Shown: positions 39,075-49,055 of the stretch, in pieces
How the letters are laid out: every line of letters begins with the position of its first letter
How positions within the stretch are numbered: the first letter of the stretch is position 1
Origin: Candidatus Aminicenantes bacterium
GTDB lineage: Bacteria > Acidobacteriota > Aminicenantia > Aminicenantales > CAVYOD01
DNA length: 64,000 bases
Assembly: GCA_963701305.1 (NCBI GenBank)
Contig: OY969586.1
Location: forward strand, 1,865,509-1,929,508
Direction of reading: 5' to 3'
The notes under the pieces: model-generated
What the model was told of the DNA's origin: nothing
The model's database searches: none
The model's input: only the letters and a program-made list of their open reading frames with translations
Translations under genes and position numbers: made by a program

Positions 39075-39298
39075 GTGAGCAGTGAGCAGTGAGCAGTGAG
39101 CACTGAAATAATTAACACATCATCTTTATCGATTATAATGAAGATGCTTTTATTTATAATAGGTTCTTGCCAGTTAAACGGAGCGACGCAGACCAGATAA
39201 ACGTTTGTCCAGTGAGAACTGAGCAATAAAGTACTTCGCTGATTCGGCCTTTACTTGCTTTTTTTGGCTTCTCACTGCTCAGTGCTCACGGCTCACTG
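39075..39298. repeat. MITE-like element with AT-rich core bounded by inverted GTGAGCA heptad arms (copy F)
   Basis: Left arm 39075-39106 (gtgagcagtgagcagtgagcagtgagcactga). Right arm 39270-39298 (tctcactgctcagtgctcacggctcactg). Reverse complements match 19/20. The 163-bp core is about 30% GC in a 58% GC genome. The right arm supplies the last codons (…SEP*) of the upstream GT-C gene. The left arm ends 25 bp before the ftsK start codon. Confidence 0.75.
39112..39139 (+). promoter_or_regulatory. Sigma-70-like promoter motif inside element F core (TTAACA-N16-TATAAT); a second TATAAT at 39155-39160
   Basis: Perfect -10 hexamers in the AT-rich core. A GC hairpin plus T7 run (ggcctttacttgcTTTTTTTgg, 39247-39267) lies about 120 nt downstream on the same strand. 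Orientation and function not established. Confidence 0.3.
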
Positions 39299-41706
39299 TT
39301 TTCTCCGAGGGGCGGGAGCTCGCGAACCTCGAAACTCTCCGATCTTCCGACTCGGGCCGGCTTCCGGTTGTCATAATAGTCGTCGTAGCCGACCACGATC
39401 CTAAAGGGACGAGGCAGAGAAGGAATTTCCCAAGATCCCGTGACTGGCGCCCTGCGGTCGGCCTGCCAGGAGCCCACCTTGCCCTCAAAGAGAACGTGTT
39501 TTTGGACCTCACGGCCGTCCCGGTCTGTGATTTGCACAAACGGGTTGAGGACATACTCTTCGCCCCAGCGGAGCTCCCCCCCAAAGACCGCGCTGGAGAG
39601 TCTCCATGCCCCCCCCCTGTCGGCCAGGGAGACGACCTGGCAGTAGGCGTGGCCGCGATCGTTTGGAACGAGGATGTAATAATAAAAAAAGGTGAAGGAC
39701 TTTTGGCCGGGAACAAACTTGATAGTTCCGTAAGGCAAGGGGCTTTCCTTGGTCAGCTGACGCTCCGGCTTGGGAAGTCTGAGTCCTGGAATCTTAAGGT
39801 CATATTTATAGCCGATCGCAACCTTGGAATCATCCGGCCATGAAGGAAGGCGAGAGGAGCCCGAATACGAAGATTCGGACTCTTTCTCCAAACGGCCCGG
39901 ATAAACCTTTAACAGACTGATCTCTCTTCCCCGGATATCTGAGATCCGGACATAGGGATCTCTCACGTGTTCATTCAGCCCCGGGAGCGGCCTTCCGGAA
40001 ACGAAACTGGACAGGGCCCAGCTCCCGTCCTCGGCTTCTTTTAAGATAACACTCTGCGAATAGGAGCTGAAGTTACCGGGGAAAAGATGGGTGGGACAGT
40101 TCGTCCATTTGTAGACTCTGATCGTAGGATTGTGAAGGTCGGTCAGAGGCGGGTCATTTTTGTACTCGTCCCAGGCAGGCTCGAAGGTTTTGATCAAAAC
40201 GCCGCCGGCATCCAGCGAGCCGTAAAATTCCGCCTCTCTGGGAAACTCTTTCGGAAAACGGGTGAACCGCGCCGACATGGCGTCGCTTGTGACGACATAC
40301 TGGATTCTTTTCCAGGTGAGCCACTCCAGGTTGATCTGGCTCAAGGTGTGCCGATAAGAAAGTTGATAATCTTGCGGGGAAAGAGGAGGGCAGTAGGACT
40401 CCAGTGCGATTCTACTCCCCTTCGCGATGAACCTCTCAATCCAGGCTTTGGCCGTGATCCGGGTATCCGGTCGAGTCAGAGTGTAATCGACCATCACGAC
40501 CTTGTAAGCAGGGCCAAGGAGGAGGATGAAGACGACGGCCGCGGCGAGGATTTTTTCTCCCGCCGGAGTCACTTTTGCTTTCAAATGGAGCGACGACGAC
40601 AGCTTTTTGAGCCACGATAACATGGCGTCCAGAAAGAGAGAGGCCAAGAGAATCAGGAAGGGAGCGAGAGGGAGCATGTACCGGGTCGCTCTCGTCTTCC
40701 ACATGCCGATCAGGATAAAAAGCACGAGTGGGTAGGAGAGCAGAATGAGGTCTTTCTTTCTGTGCCGGACCAGGGCGTAGACGAGACCCCCTCCGACCAG
40801 GAACTGGGCGTAAGGCCCGACATTTTCTCTGAACCCGTACTTGAGGTAAAAAAGCCAGGCGGGATCCGCCGTCGAATCGCCGAAGTGGCCGAAGGAATAG
40901 AGATGTCTCGATTGCCAGCGAAAATCTCTCCAGAAGGTCGGAAAATCAAGCACGGCATATGGACAACCGGCCAGGAATCCGGCGGTGAATGAGGCCGCTG
41001 ATAGAAAGAGATCAGGACTCAGAATGATCTTTCGAAGCGGAAGCTTGTTTTCGAGGATACGAAAGATGTGGGCCAGGATAAGAGGAAGGAAGAGCATTTG
41101 GCCGCCGTACTTTGTGGCCGTGGCCAGTCCGGCTGCCAGTCCGGCCCAAACATAGTATTTTCGATCGCCTCGAGTGTAGATGAGCCAGCAAAAAAAGAAA
41201 GATAAAACCAGAAAGAAAACCATCGGTGAGTCGGGGTTCATGTAGTGCGAGATTTTGTTGTGCTCGGGCGAAAATATCAGGAACAGCCCGGCCAGGAATC
41301 CGAGGCGCCGATCGTACATTTTTTTCCCGATGAGATAGACGAGGAGGATTGTCCCCACGCTCAGAAAAAGGGTCAGGAGACGGCCGATGAGATAGAAAAC
41401 GGTTGGGTCATGGTTGAAATGGGCGACGAAGGTCGCGACAGAAGGAAAATTCCCGGCCATCTTGCCGCCGAGAAAATAGACGCCCCACAGCGCCGCGACC
41501 ATATAGGTATAAAGAGTAGGGACATGGAAAAAATGGGGGTCCAGGCCCTTGCTGAAATAGTCGATCGAGATCTGGGCGAAGCGCGCCTCGTCAACGTGAA
41601 GAATGAAGGGCAGGCCGAAATTGATGCCCCAGCCTCGAACGAGGACCGCGAGGACGACAAGGACAATGAGGACGGTTTTTTCTGATGGAAATTTCTCGGA
41701 ATTCAT
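39286..41706 (-). CDS. GT-C fold glycosyltransferase, ArnT/PMT-like (GT39/GT83) with large C-terminal periplasmic domain
   Basis: 806 aa. About 11 N-terminal TM helices with a first-loop acidic motif (HVDEARFAQ), then a roughly 350-aa soluble domain. Confidence 0.75.
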   Translation of the reverse strand: MNSEKFPSEKTVLIVLVVLAVLVRGWGINFGLPFILHVDEARFAQISIDYFSKGLDPHFFHVPTLYTYMVAALWGVYFLGGKMAGNFPSVATFVAHFNHDPTVFYLIGRLLTLFLSVGTILLVYLIGKKMYDRRLGFLAGLFLIFSPEHNKISHYMNPDSPMVFFLVLSFFFCWLIYTRGDRKYYVWAGLAAGLATATKYGGQMLFLPLILAHIFRILENKLPLRKIILSPDLFLSAASFTAGFLAGCPYAVLDFPTFWRDFRWQSRHLYSFGHFGDSTADPAWLFYLKYGFRENVGPYAQFLVGGGLVYALVRHRKKDLILLSYPLVLFILIGMWKTRATRYMLPLAPFLILLASLFLDAMLSWLKKLSSSLHLKAKVTPAGEKILAAAVVFILLLGPAYKVVMVDYTLTRPDTRITAKAWIERFIAKGSRIALESYCPPLSPQDYQLSYRHTLSQINLEWLTWKRIQYVVTSDAMSARFTRFPKEFPREAEFYGSLDAGGVLIKTFEPAWDEYKNDPPLTDLHNPTIRVYKWTNCPTHLFPGNFSSYSQSVILKEAEDGSWALSSFVSGRPLPGLNEHVRDPYVRISDIRGREISLLKVYPGRLEKESESSYSGSSRLPSWPDDSKVAIGYKYDLKIPGLRLPKPERQLTKESPLPYGTIKFVPGQKSFTFFYYYILVPNDRGHAYCQVVSLADRGGAWRLSSAVFGGELRWGEEYVLNPFVQITDRDGREVQKHVLFEGKVGSWQADRRAPVTGSWEIPSLPRPFRIVVGYDDYYDNRKPARVGRSESFEVRELPPLGENSEP

Positions 41707-41807
41707 ATGTTAAGGCAATTTACGCACACTTGAGGAAAGGCGTCAAGAAGAAGCGTGATCCAGGCACAGAAGCAAGAGAAAAACAAATCAAGGTGAGGGT
41801 GGTCATC

Positions 41808-43862
41808 TCATTGATCGCCGGCGGGCCTTGAGCAGGGCCCTTCCACCCCATCCGCTCTGATCACAGAGACGATGTAGAGATAATTTTCAGAAGGGATGAT
41901 GCTCTTGTCAAAGTACTGGAGCAACGGGGCAACGGTGGCAATGAGTCGATATTCCCCCTCCGCCTCCGACAGACTTTTCCGGTAAATGTTGTAGCCTTTG
42001 ATCAGAGTCTTGTCAGCGGTCTTGGGGTTATCGTGCCAGACGACAGAATTGATCAGCCCTTGGCTCTGGACAGAGATCGATATCTTAATCGGGTTGAAGG
42101 GGGGAGTGAGGGCAAAATCCCTCCTTTTGACCTCCAAATCTATCGGGGGAAAGGGGAATTTTTGAATCTCCTCAGACCATGTTAAAGCCATGAACTGGTA
42201 GCCCTTGACGCTGGGATGTTTCCGGTCGCTCGACAAAAGAGAAAGGCAGCCTCCATCCGCTTCAGGGTAATCGTTGAAGGCATTGAACTGCTCGACCAGC
42301 GGGACGCCCAATTCAGAAGCGACCTGACGAATCAGCTCATTGAGATAGTAGATTCGCTCCCGATAAAAATCATTATCCCAGCGCGTGTCCCTTCGGGGAA
42401 TGGTGGTCGCCAGGGCCGGAAAAACTCCGTAACCCAGACATCGGCTGGCTATCTCCTTGAGGTTGAAGGCTGAGGTATCCATCGAGATTTGATTGAAGAC
42501 GATGTCGTTGGTGCCCTCCATGATCAGAAAATATTGTGACGAGTGAGCGGTTAACACGGCGTTGATTCGGCCCAGGCCTTGCGAAGTGACCTCGCCGGGG
42601 AAACCTTCATTAAAACAGGTCGTGTCTCCAAATCTCTGAAGCAGGAGGTTCTGAAGCCGGGGGATGTAGCCGATCGATGGATCTTCTAGATCGGTATCGC
42701 CATTATATCCATAGGTGATACTGTCTCCAAAACAGGTATATTCATTATCAAGCAGTGAGGCGTTTGCGATAACCTGAGAAGAGGGCGGAGGTAGCGGGAT
42801 AAAGTCGGATTCACTCCCTAAATTGGAATCCAGGACGACCGCCCTGGCCCCGGCCTCTGATTGCCAAGCGATTCCAATTTCGTGTCCCCCGATGATCATT
42901 TTGGGAATGGCCGGGCCTGCGATTGACGTTATGATCCGCTTCTCCCAGCGCCCAGTATCGTTTCTGAGATGCCTCAGGTAGATCGAGCTGCCCTTGGGCC
43001 CGGAGTGAAGGCAGACCACGACCGGGACGTTTCCCGAAGCGAATCCGATCGTAGGGAAAGAGTCACTCCCGTTCTGGGTAACATCCGAGACCTTGCGGAC
43101 TTTTGACCATCCGCTTGGTTGCCGACGAGAGCTTTCGATTTCATAGCTCCGGCCATTGTAGGCGGACCAAACGACCCAAATGGTGCCTTCTTCGTCCAGG
43201 GCGGCATCCGGATTCAAGGCGGGAAACCGAGGATCGGTCGAGATTTTGCTGAGCGCTGACCATTGAGAATGGTTGTAAACTCTGTAAAAAATCTCCTCCT
43301 GCAAACGGCCTTTTCTCGTCCAGAAGACCCAGATGTTGTTATCGCGATCGGTGATCATTTTGGGCGTAAAGGTTGAGGGTGAAGGGGAGGAATCGAGCAG
43401 CCATGTCTTACCGGATTTGACCTCCTGGACATAGACACCGTGGTTAGACTTCCGGACATTATTCCAGGCCAAAAAAGGCTCGTTGCCTTGATCGAAACAG
43501 ACATCGGCGGAAAAATTAAAACCCTGAGGCTGTTTCAAGTCCGGAGCTCCGAGGATCCGGCCGTCTTCCAATCTTCCGAGGCGAATCTGGCTTTGATATT
43601 GGTCCCACTCTTCCCAAATCAACCAAAGGTTGCCGGATCTGTCCTTCTTGACCTGAGGAGAGCAAGCGTTTTTCTGAAGGGAGAGAACCTTGAGGAGAGG
43701 CTTGGCCGAAGATGTCGCCAGGATGTTCAGACCGATTCTTCCATCCTTCCCTTTATAAGCGAAGACCAAGGCTCCCCGTTTGTCGAATTCAACAGAGGCT
43801 CCGAGGTATGAAACAGCGATGAGCACGGCGAAGAGCGAGCTGAAAATAAACCTGCTTTTCAT
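41808..43862 (-). CDS. Secreted beta-propeller – SGNH/GDSL hydrolase – Fn3 multidomain protein
   Basis: Signal peptide (start at internal Met MKSRFIF, ATGA-overlapping the upstream GT-C gene). Repeated D-x-x-G-N-[IL]-W-[VL]-[IV]-W blades. GDSL block I (CFGDSITYGY) and block III (GTNDI). C-terminal Fn3-like domain (GYNIYRKS…). Confidence 0.7.
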   Translation of the reverse strand: MKSRFIFSSLFAVLIAVSYLGASVEFDKRGALVFAYKGKDGRIGLNILATSSAKPLLKVLSLQKNACSPQVKKDRSGNLWLIWEEWDQYQSQIRLGRLEDGRILGAPDLKQPQGFNFSADVCFDQGNEPFLAWNNVRKSNHGVYVQEVKSGKTWLLDSSPSPSTFTPKMITDRDNNIWVFWTRKGRLQEEIFYRVYNHSQWSALSKISTDPRFPALNPDAALDEEGTIWVVWSAYNGRSYEIESSRRQPSGWSKVRKVSDVTQNGSDSFPTIGFASGNVPVVVCLHSGPKGSSIYLRHLRNDTGRWEKRIITSIAGPAIPKMIIGGHEIGIAWQSEAGARAVVLDSNLGSESDFIPLPPPSSQVIANASLLDNEYTCFGDSITYGYNGDTDLEDPSIGYIPRLQNLLLQRFGDTTCFNEGFPGEVTSQGLGRINAVLTAHSSQYFLIMEGTNDIVFNQISMDTSAFNLKEIASRCLGYGVFPALATTIPRRDTRWDNDFYRERIYYLNELIRQVASELGVPLVEQFNAFNDYPEADGGCLSLLSSDRKHPSVKGYQFMALTWSEEIQKFPFPPIDLEVKRRDFALTPPFNPIKISISVQSQGLINSVVWHDNPKTADKTLIKGYNIYRKSLSEAEGEYRLIATVAPLLQYFDKSIIPSENYLYIVSVIRADGVEGPCSRPAGDQ

Positions 43863-45877
43863 GGGTCCGGCTCCATAGTATAGCATACTCCCCCCCGAGA
43901 AGCCTTGTCGGTAGAAGTATGCTCCATATAGTCAAAATGGGCTGGTCCCGTCAAAGGCACGATCTCCAAATAATACCAATCGCTCCTGGGAGTCTCGACG
44001 CCGAAAATTGCCCGGTGGCCTTCGATCCTGACTGCCTTCTCGGCAAGAGTCTTCCCATAAAGCCTAAACCGTATTTTAACTCTTCTCCCTTCTGAACGCC
44101 TAAAAAAAAGCCTGAGCTCCTCGATTCCCTTGTCGAAGTGCACAAAAGACGTGAGGTACTTTTGTCTTATCCGGACGCACGAGGATTCGGAGAGGTTATG
44201 AACAGGCTCAAGTGCTCCAGGCTCAAAAATTCCCCATTCAGCCTCATAAAACCGGCTCGGCGTGACGGTGTCGTCAAAAAGATAGGCCCGGCTAAATCCG
44301 TCCTTGCCCAGCCATCTCGTTCGAAAACTGTTTTGATGCAAAAAGTCCCTGATTCCCTTATTGATATGGCCTCGTTTCTCTATCGAGGTCGTCGAAACGA
44401 CCCAGACTCTTCCCCCTTCTCCGAGATTCCGGCTGATCATATCCTTCAATTCCTCGACCGTTCTCAGCCAGGGGACTCCGAGATAAAAATCGACCCATTG
44501 GCCATGAGTATACTCCCCCGCATCCCAGGTCCCGGGGCCGCCGCTGAAAAGCCAGGCGTCGACCTGCCCGCCGTAGATGTGCTCAAAGATCATGTTCATG
44601 GCGATCACCTTGTCGCCCTTTCGGAGATGTCCCTTCACATATTCAGCGCAGGAGCGATGGTCTTCCTGAAAATAGCGGCCCGAGGTATAGATAATGTCGG
44701 TTCGGATTTGATCGACATACTCCCGGCGGAAGATCGAGCTGAGTTTATTGATCCCGACGTCGCGCACAAATAAAAAAGGAATGAGAAGAGTCGGGACGAG
44801 AGCGAGCGGCCCGGCCCAGGACGGCTTAAAAACCTTTTGGAATAGCACCCTTGAAAAATCGTACAGGAAATAGAGGTTGATCAGTAAGAACTGGGCGCTG
44901 AAGGGAAAGAGATAGCGAGGCATGGGATGGGTTCTCATCAACCCGAGGCTCAGGGTGGTCAGGCCGAAATTGATCAAGAGGAAGAGGATGAATTTCTCCG
45001 AGACCGAGAACTCCCCCTTTTTTGTTTTTTTGATACAAAGAGTGATCAGAAAGAGGCACGTCCCCACCAGGAACAAAGGCCAGAAAAAAGGAAATGACCT
45101 CCTGAGCATTCCCAAATAGTTGAAAGAAAAATCTTTGAAGAAATAACTCAGGGTGTCCCGGACAGAGGTCACCGCCTGAGTGGAGTATGCTTGTCCCACT
45201 TTCCAGACCAAGACTTCCTGGAGCTGAACGAAAGCGATCAAGGGCAGCCAGAGCGCAAAACTGAGAATGTTCTTTTTGGAGAAAAATCTCTTCCCGGTTA
45301 GGACGAGCAAAGCCAAAAAACAAAAGATCAGGGAGATAGCCAGTTGGTGGGTGAGCAAGGCCGCGATCCAGACCAGGAAATAGAGATTTCTCCGGCTGAG
45401 AAAACGGTTCCTGAAAAACAGAATGACGCCCAAGAGAATGAGAAGCTCTGTCAGACCAAAGTAGAGGATGACTCGCGAGTATTCTGTCTGCCAGGAGGAA
45501 AAATAGAACAGGATTCCAAACGCGACCAGAATTTCTTTTTTGAGAATATCCTTGAGCAGGAGGTAGGCCAGGAGTGGTGTCATCACATGTACCAGAACGG
45601 AGAAAAAGCGCAGGGCCTCCGCAGAAAACCCGGAAAAGAGTGAAAAAAAAGCAAGGGCATAGGAAAAGAAGATGCTCTTAAAAAGAATATGGCCCGAAGG
45701 ATACAATGGATACCCGAGGGCCCTTATTTTTTGGGCGGCGAGATAATAAAATCCCTCATCCATCCACATAGGAAAATAGCCGAGCCGCAGCGATTTCAAA
45801 ATGAGGACGAAGAGGGCCAGAACGCAGAGCAGAAGAAGGTAAAAGTCGATTCTTTTCTTCAACGCAATCAGATTCAA
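43859..45877 (-). CDS. GT-C fold glycosyltransferase, ArnT/PMT-like paralog
   Basis: 672 aa. About 12 TM helices with a first-loop DE motif (FPMWMDEGFYY), C-terminal soluble domain. ATGA overlap with the upstream methyltransferase gene. Confidence 0.7.
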   Translation of the reverse strand: MNLIALKKRIDFYLLLLCVLALFVLILKSLRLGYFPMWMDEGFYYLAAQKIRALGYPLYPSGHILFKSIFFSYALAFFSLFSGFSAEALRFFSVLVHVMTPLLAYLLLKDILKKEILVAFGILFYFSSWQTEYSRVILYFGLTELLILLGVILFFRNRFLSRRNLYFLVWIAALLTHQLAISLIFCFLALLVLTGKRFFSKKNILSFALWLPLIAFVQLQEVLVWKVGQAYSTQAVTSVRDTLSYFFKDFSFNYLGMLRRSFPFFWPLFLVGTCLFLITLCIKKTKKGEFSVSEKFILFLLINFGLTTLSLGLMRTHPMPRYLFPFSAQFLLINLYFLYDFSRVLFQKVFKPSWAGPLALVPTLLIPFLFVRDVGINKLSSIFRREYVDQIRTDIIYTSGRYFQEDHRSCAEYVKGHLRKGDKVIAMNMIFEHIYGGQVDAWLFSGGPGTWDAGEYTHGQWVDFYLGVPWLRTVEELKDMISRNLGEGGRVWVVSTTSIEKRGHINKGIRDFLHQNSFRTRWLGKDGFSRAYLFDDTVTPSRFYEAEWGIFEPGALEPVHNLSESSCVRIRQKYLTSFVHFDKGIEELRLFFRRSEGRRVKIRFRLYGKTLAEKAVRIEGHRAIFGVETPRSDWYYLEIVPLTGPAHFDYMEHTSTDKASRGGVCYTMEPDP

Positions 45878-46848
45878 AATTTATTTTGAGCGAAGACTCT
45901 CCAGCTCATCCCATTCCTGGAGGTGATCATGACTTTTTCAAATTTCAGATCTCTGAACTGGTCCTCTAATTCCCTTTTTTTAAAATAGTGAGTCCGGGGA
46001 GCAATGAGCTGGTCGTAGACCGTGTTGTGCTGGTACCTAAAGGGGAAGCGGGCCATGTATAAAAGATAATTCTTCATCGGAAGAATCGCGCTCAAACCGG
46101 GAACTCCACTCATTGCCTGATAGATCTTTCCGCTGAGGTAAAATAACGCCGCGAAAATGAAGGAGCACAGATAGGCAAATCTCAGATTCGTTTGGAGAAA
46201 GATTCTCCTCAAGGGTTCGATAAAGGTCCTGACCAGAAAGGTACCCTCGTAGCCATAAACCCAGATCGAAAAATTCCCCCCTTTTTTGAGGAGAGAGGTC
46301 AGCTTCTTGAGGGCCTTTTCTCGCTCCGGCAGGTGCTGAATGACGCCGACCGAATAGACATAATCGAAGCTCTCTTCTTTAAAGGGAGGAGCATAGAGAT
46401 CGGCCTGAGAAACGTAAACATTTTTTCGGTCTCGACAATTGTCAAAGGCCGCCTCGACGGCGGTGGAAAGGTCGATCGTGTAGACCTTTTCGGCTCCGAA
46501 TTCGGAGGCAAAACGAGCGTGAAGACCGTTGCCCGCACCGGCGTCCAGGACAATTTTGCCTTTAAAAAAATCGGGTTTGGCCGGATAAACCCAATTCAAA
46601 AAGTCTTCCTTCTGATCCAGATAAATGTCCGAAAACCGCCGCCAGGAAAAACCGAAATTGGACCTTGTCTTTGGATCGAACTTCGGCTCAAACCAGGGGA
46701 TTCCCCGTTTGATCTCATAGCGAGAGCCACAAAAGCTGCAGGCCAAGACTCCGGAGATGATCTCATCGCCTTGAGATTCCGAGGAACGGCTCAAAAGCCG
46801 ATGCCGACACTTTGGACAGACAGCAAAGGTCAGAAACTCTTCTCTCAC
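45874..46848 (-). CDS. SAM-dependent methyltransferase with N-terminal Trm112-like zinc ribbon
   Basis: CPKC…CSFCG zinc ribbon plus class I MTase motif I (VLDAGAGNG). Confidence 0.75.
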   Translation of the reverse strand: MREEFLTFAVCPKCRHRLLSRSSESQGDEIISGVLACSFCGSRYEIKRGIPWFEPKFDPKTRSNFGFSWRRFSDIYLDQKEDFLNWVYPAKPDFFKGKIVLDAGAGNGLHARFASEFGAEKVYTIDLSTAVEAAFDNCRDRKNVYVSQADLYAPPFKEESFDYVYSVGVIQHLPEREKALKKLTSLLKKGGNFSIWVYGYEGTFLVRTFIEPLRRIFLQTNLRFAYLCSFIFAALFYLSGKIYQAMSGVPGLSAILPMKNYLLYMARFPFRYQHNTVYDQLIAPRTHYFKKRELEDQFRDLKFEKVMITSRNGMSWRVFAQNKF

Positions 46849-47041
46849 AGAGGTTCAATTTAACAGAAACCCCTGGGGCTGTCAATTTTCCAGGCTTGCT
46901 TCCGGAGGGCTCGGCAGCGCCGTTATTCGAACACAAGCATTCGGCCATAAAGGGCGCAAAATCAATAGCTTGCAATGACAGCAGAGGCCAAAACGAAGAT
47001 CCGGGACCGAGGGGCCTGCGTCGGGTGCTGGGGGGCGTGAG

Positions 47042-47070
47042 TTGACAAGATTTCGCTTTTGCACTAAATT
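47042..47070 (+). promoter_or_regulatory. Candidate sigma-70 promoter TTGACA-N17-TAAATT
   Basis: Good -35/-10 spacing about 125 bp upstream of the 47197 gene. Followed by a structured leader (gacgag…ctcgtc, ccctctcggccgaggg hairpins). Confidence 0.35.
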
Positions 47071-47196
47071 AAAAATTCTGGAGACGAGTTTTTTGTTTTT
47101 TCGTCGAGAGCGACTGCTCGTCAGAAGTGACGATTCTCCCTCTCGGCCGAGGGCAAAAAATGCTTTCTCGATTTTCAATAGAGGAGACTTAGGCGA

Positions 47197-48957
47197 ATGA
47201 AAAAATCAGCCTTTTGTTTGGTCCTGATAATTCTCGGGACAGGTTTTGGGCTTGCTCAGACCATGTCCAATCCGGTCAGGGTTTCCACCATTGATCCGGT
47301 GGACGGGTTCGCCTGGTGGGCCCAGGTGGCCATGGGGCCCAAAGGAGAGGTCTATGTCGTTTGGCAAGAAAACCATACCACGAACAGCGGTTACGATATC
47401 AAGTTCAGATCCTATAACGGAGCGAAGTGGTCGGATATCATAAACCTCAAGACCAGGGACAATCTCGCCTCGGAGAGACCCGGAATAGCCTGCAATAAGC
47501 AAGGGGTCATTGCCGTCGTCTGGGGCCAGCCTGAGGGCGTCTTTCTGAGGGAATACGATCCCCTCCAGAAAAAATGGCTTCCCGTCTTTAAAGTCAGCCA
47601 ATCGGATTTGAGCGGCTGGGAACAATCTGTGGCCCTCGATCCGGACGGCAATGTCTATGTGATTTGGTATGGACGTAAACCCATAGCCGGTCGTATTTTT
47701 TCTCGGTCCAGAATCAACGGAATATGGGAAGAAACTGTCCAGATGTGCGGACCGGCTTATTCCACCGGGTGTTCGATCGCCGCCGGTCAAGACGGTCGGG
47801 TGTGGGCGGTCTGGAGGGAGAAAACAAGTGATTACTATATTCAGTATAGTAGGCGGACAAAGAGCACTGGCTGGACGGCCAAGAAACCGATAGTGAACCA
47901 AGGCGCGGGCCATGATCATCCCAATATCACGGTCGGGCCGGATAACGTGCCCTGGGTCACGTATGCGGAGGTCCCCAAGGAGGGCTACGCTTACGTTTGG
48001 CTGTTGATGCTCAACGAAAAACGCAACCCGCGCGAGGTCGTTTTTCCGCCGATTCTTCAGCACTATTCTCAAGTTGCGATTGATGCCAGCCTGAACAGGC
48101 ACCTGACAATTGCCGTCGGACCTGGCGACAACGGAATCGGGATTAAGTACTCAAACAATATCGGAGGAGCATGGATGGCTCCCCAGATGATGCCGAACGC
48201 CATCGGGAATGCCAAGACCCCGGGCATAGCCGCGGATGCCTTTGGAAATGTCGCCTTGGTCTGGTCCGCGGGCGGACAAACCTGGTTCAGTTCACTCCAT
48301 CCGGTTCTTGTCGTCGAGGCTCCCCTCAATCTGGCTGGACGGCTCACTTTTAATCCGGACCCGACGTATGTCTTGACCTGGCAGGCGAACCCTGATAACA
48401 CGGGCGGCATCGCTCAAGGCTACAATATCTATAAAAAAGAGAGTGCGGATGCGGATTTCGTCAAGCTCCTGAGCGTTTCGAATTCGACCTTCACGGCTTC
48501 GCTGACTTACCCCGAGGTCAAGATTGGAATTCAATTCGGACTCACCACCGGCGGCCCGGGAGGCAAAGAGAGCGATATGGTTCTGTTCCCGGTCACCTAT
48601 CCCCAAATCTATGCTCCCGTCAATCTGAAAGCGACGATCAACGTCGGTTCGCTCAAAGGGACTCAGGAAGTGACCTATGCCCTGAGCTGGCAGTCCAGTC
48701 CTCAAAACAGTCCGAAGTACGTCCAGAGCTATAAAATCTATAAAAAAGAAGGCAGCGGAGAGTTTGAGCTCCTGACCACGGTCTCAAACTCGACGTTCTC
48801 TTATACTCAGACTTTCGTCAATCCCCAGCAGAAGATGCAGTTCGCCGTTTCGGCGGTTTCCGTCTTGGGCCAGGAGAGCGCGCAGCCGATCTTTGGAGCC
48901 CAAGCGAGTGGGCTGAAAAGCCGCATCACGACGAGAAGCGTCGATCGCCATTTCTGA
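47197..48957 (+). CDS. Secreted beta-propeller protein with two C-terminal Fn3-like domains (paralog 2)
   Basis: Signal peptide. Same blade motif as 41808 (DPDGNVYVIWYG, GQDGRVWAVWRE, AFGNVALVWSAG). Two GYNIYKKE…/SYKIYKKE… Fn3-like modules. Confidence 0.7.
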   Translation: MKKSAFCLVLIILGTGFGLAQTMSNPVRVSTIDPVDGFAWWAQVAMGPKGEVYVVWQENHTTNSGYDIKFRSYNGAKWSDIINLKTRDNLASERPGIACNKQGVIAVVWGQPEGVFLREYDPLQKKWLPVFKVSQSDLSGWEQSVALDPDGNVYVIWYGRKPIAGRIFSRSRINGIWEETVQMCGPAYSTGCSIAAGQDGRVWAVWREKTSDYYIQYSRRTKSTGWTAKKPIVNQGAGHDHPNITVGPDNVPWVTYAEVPKEGYAYVWLLMLNEKRNPREVVFPPILQHYSQVAIDASLNRHLTIAVGPGDNGIGIKYSNNIGGAWMAPQMMPNAIGNAKTPGIAADAFGNVALVWSAGGQTWFSSLHPVLVVEAPLNLAGRLTFNPDPTYVLTWQANPDNTGGIAQGYNIYKKESADADFVKLLSVSNSTFTASLTYPEVKIGIQFGLTTGGPGGKESDMVLFPVTYPQIYAPVNLKATINVGSLKGTQEVTYALSWQSSPQNSPKYVQSYKIYKKEGSGEFELLTTVSNSTFSYTQTFVNPQQKMQFAVSAVSVLGQESAQPIFGAQASGLKSRITTRSVDRHF

Positions 48958-49055
48958 TATCGGATTTTCTCGGCTCCTGGCCCAGCGGACGGCCGCGACA
49001 TTTGTTCTAACTTTCTCTTTGGTCTGAAAAAAGAGAGCGGCATCATCGAGAACTC

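Noticed and set aside
9981-39298. Possible CRISPR array suggested by many short direct repeats (gtgagca…)
   Set aside because: The units are 7 nt, contiguous and without unique spacers. They occur as inverted arms at many separate loci. No cas genes are present. This is not CRISPR architecture.
46849-47196. Possible rho-independent terminator ccctctcggccgaggg at about 47140
   Set aside because: The hairpin is followed by an A-run on the + strand, which is a T-run before, not after, the hairpin on the - strand. It is therefore not a canonical terminator in either orientation and is kept only as part of a structured leader.
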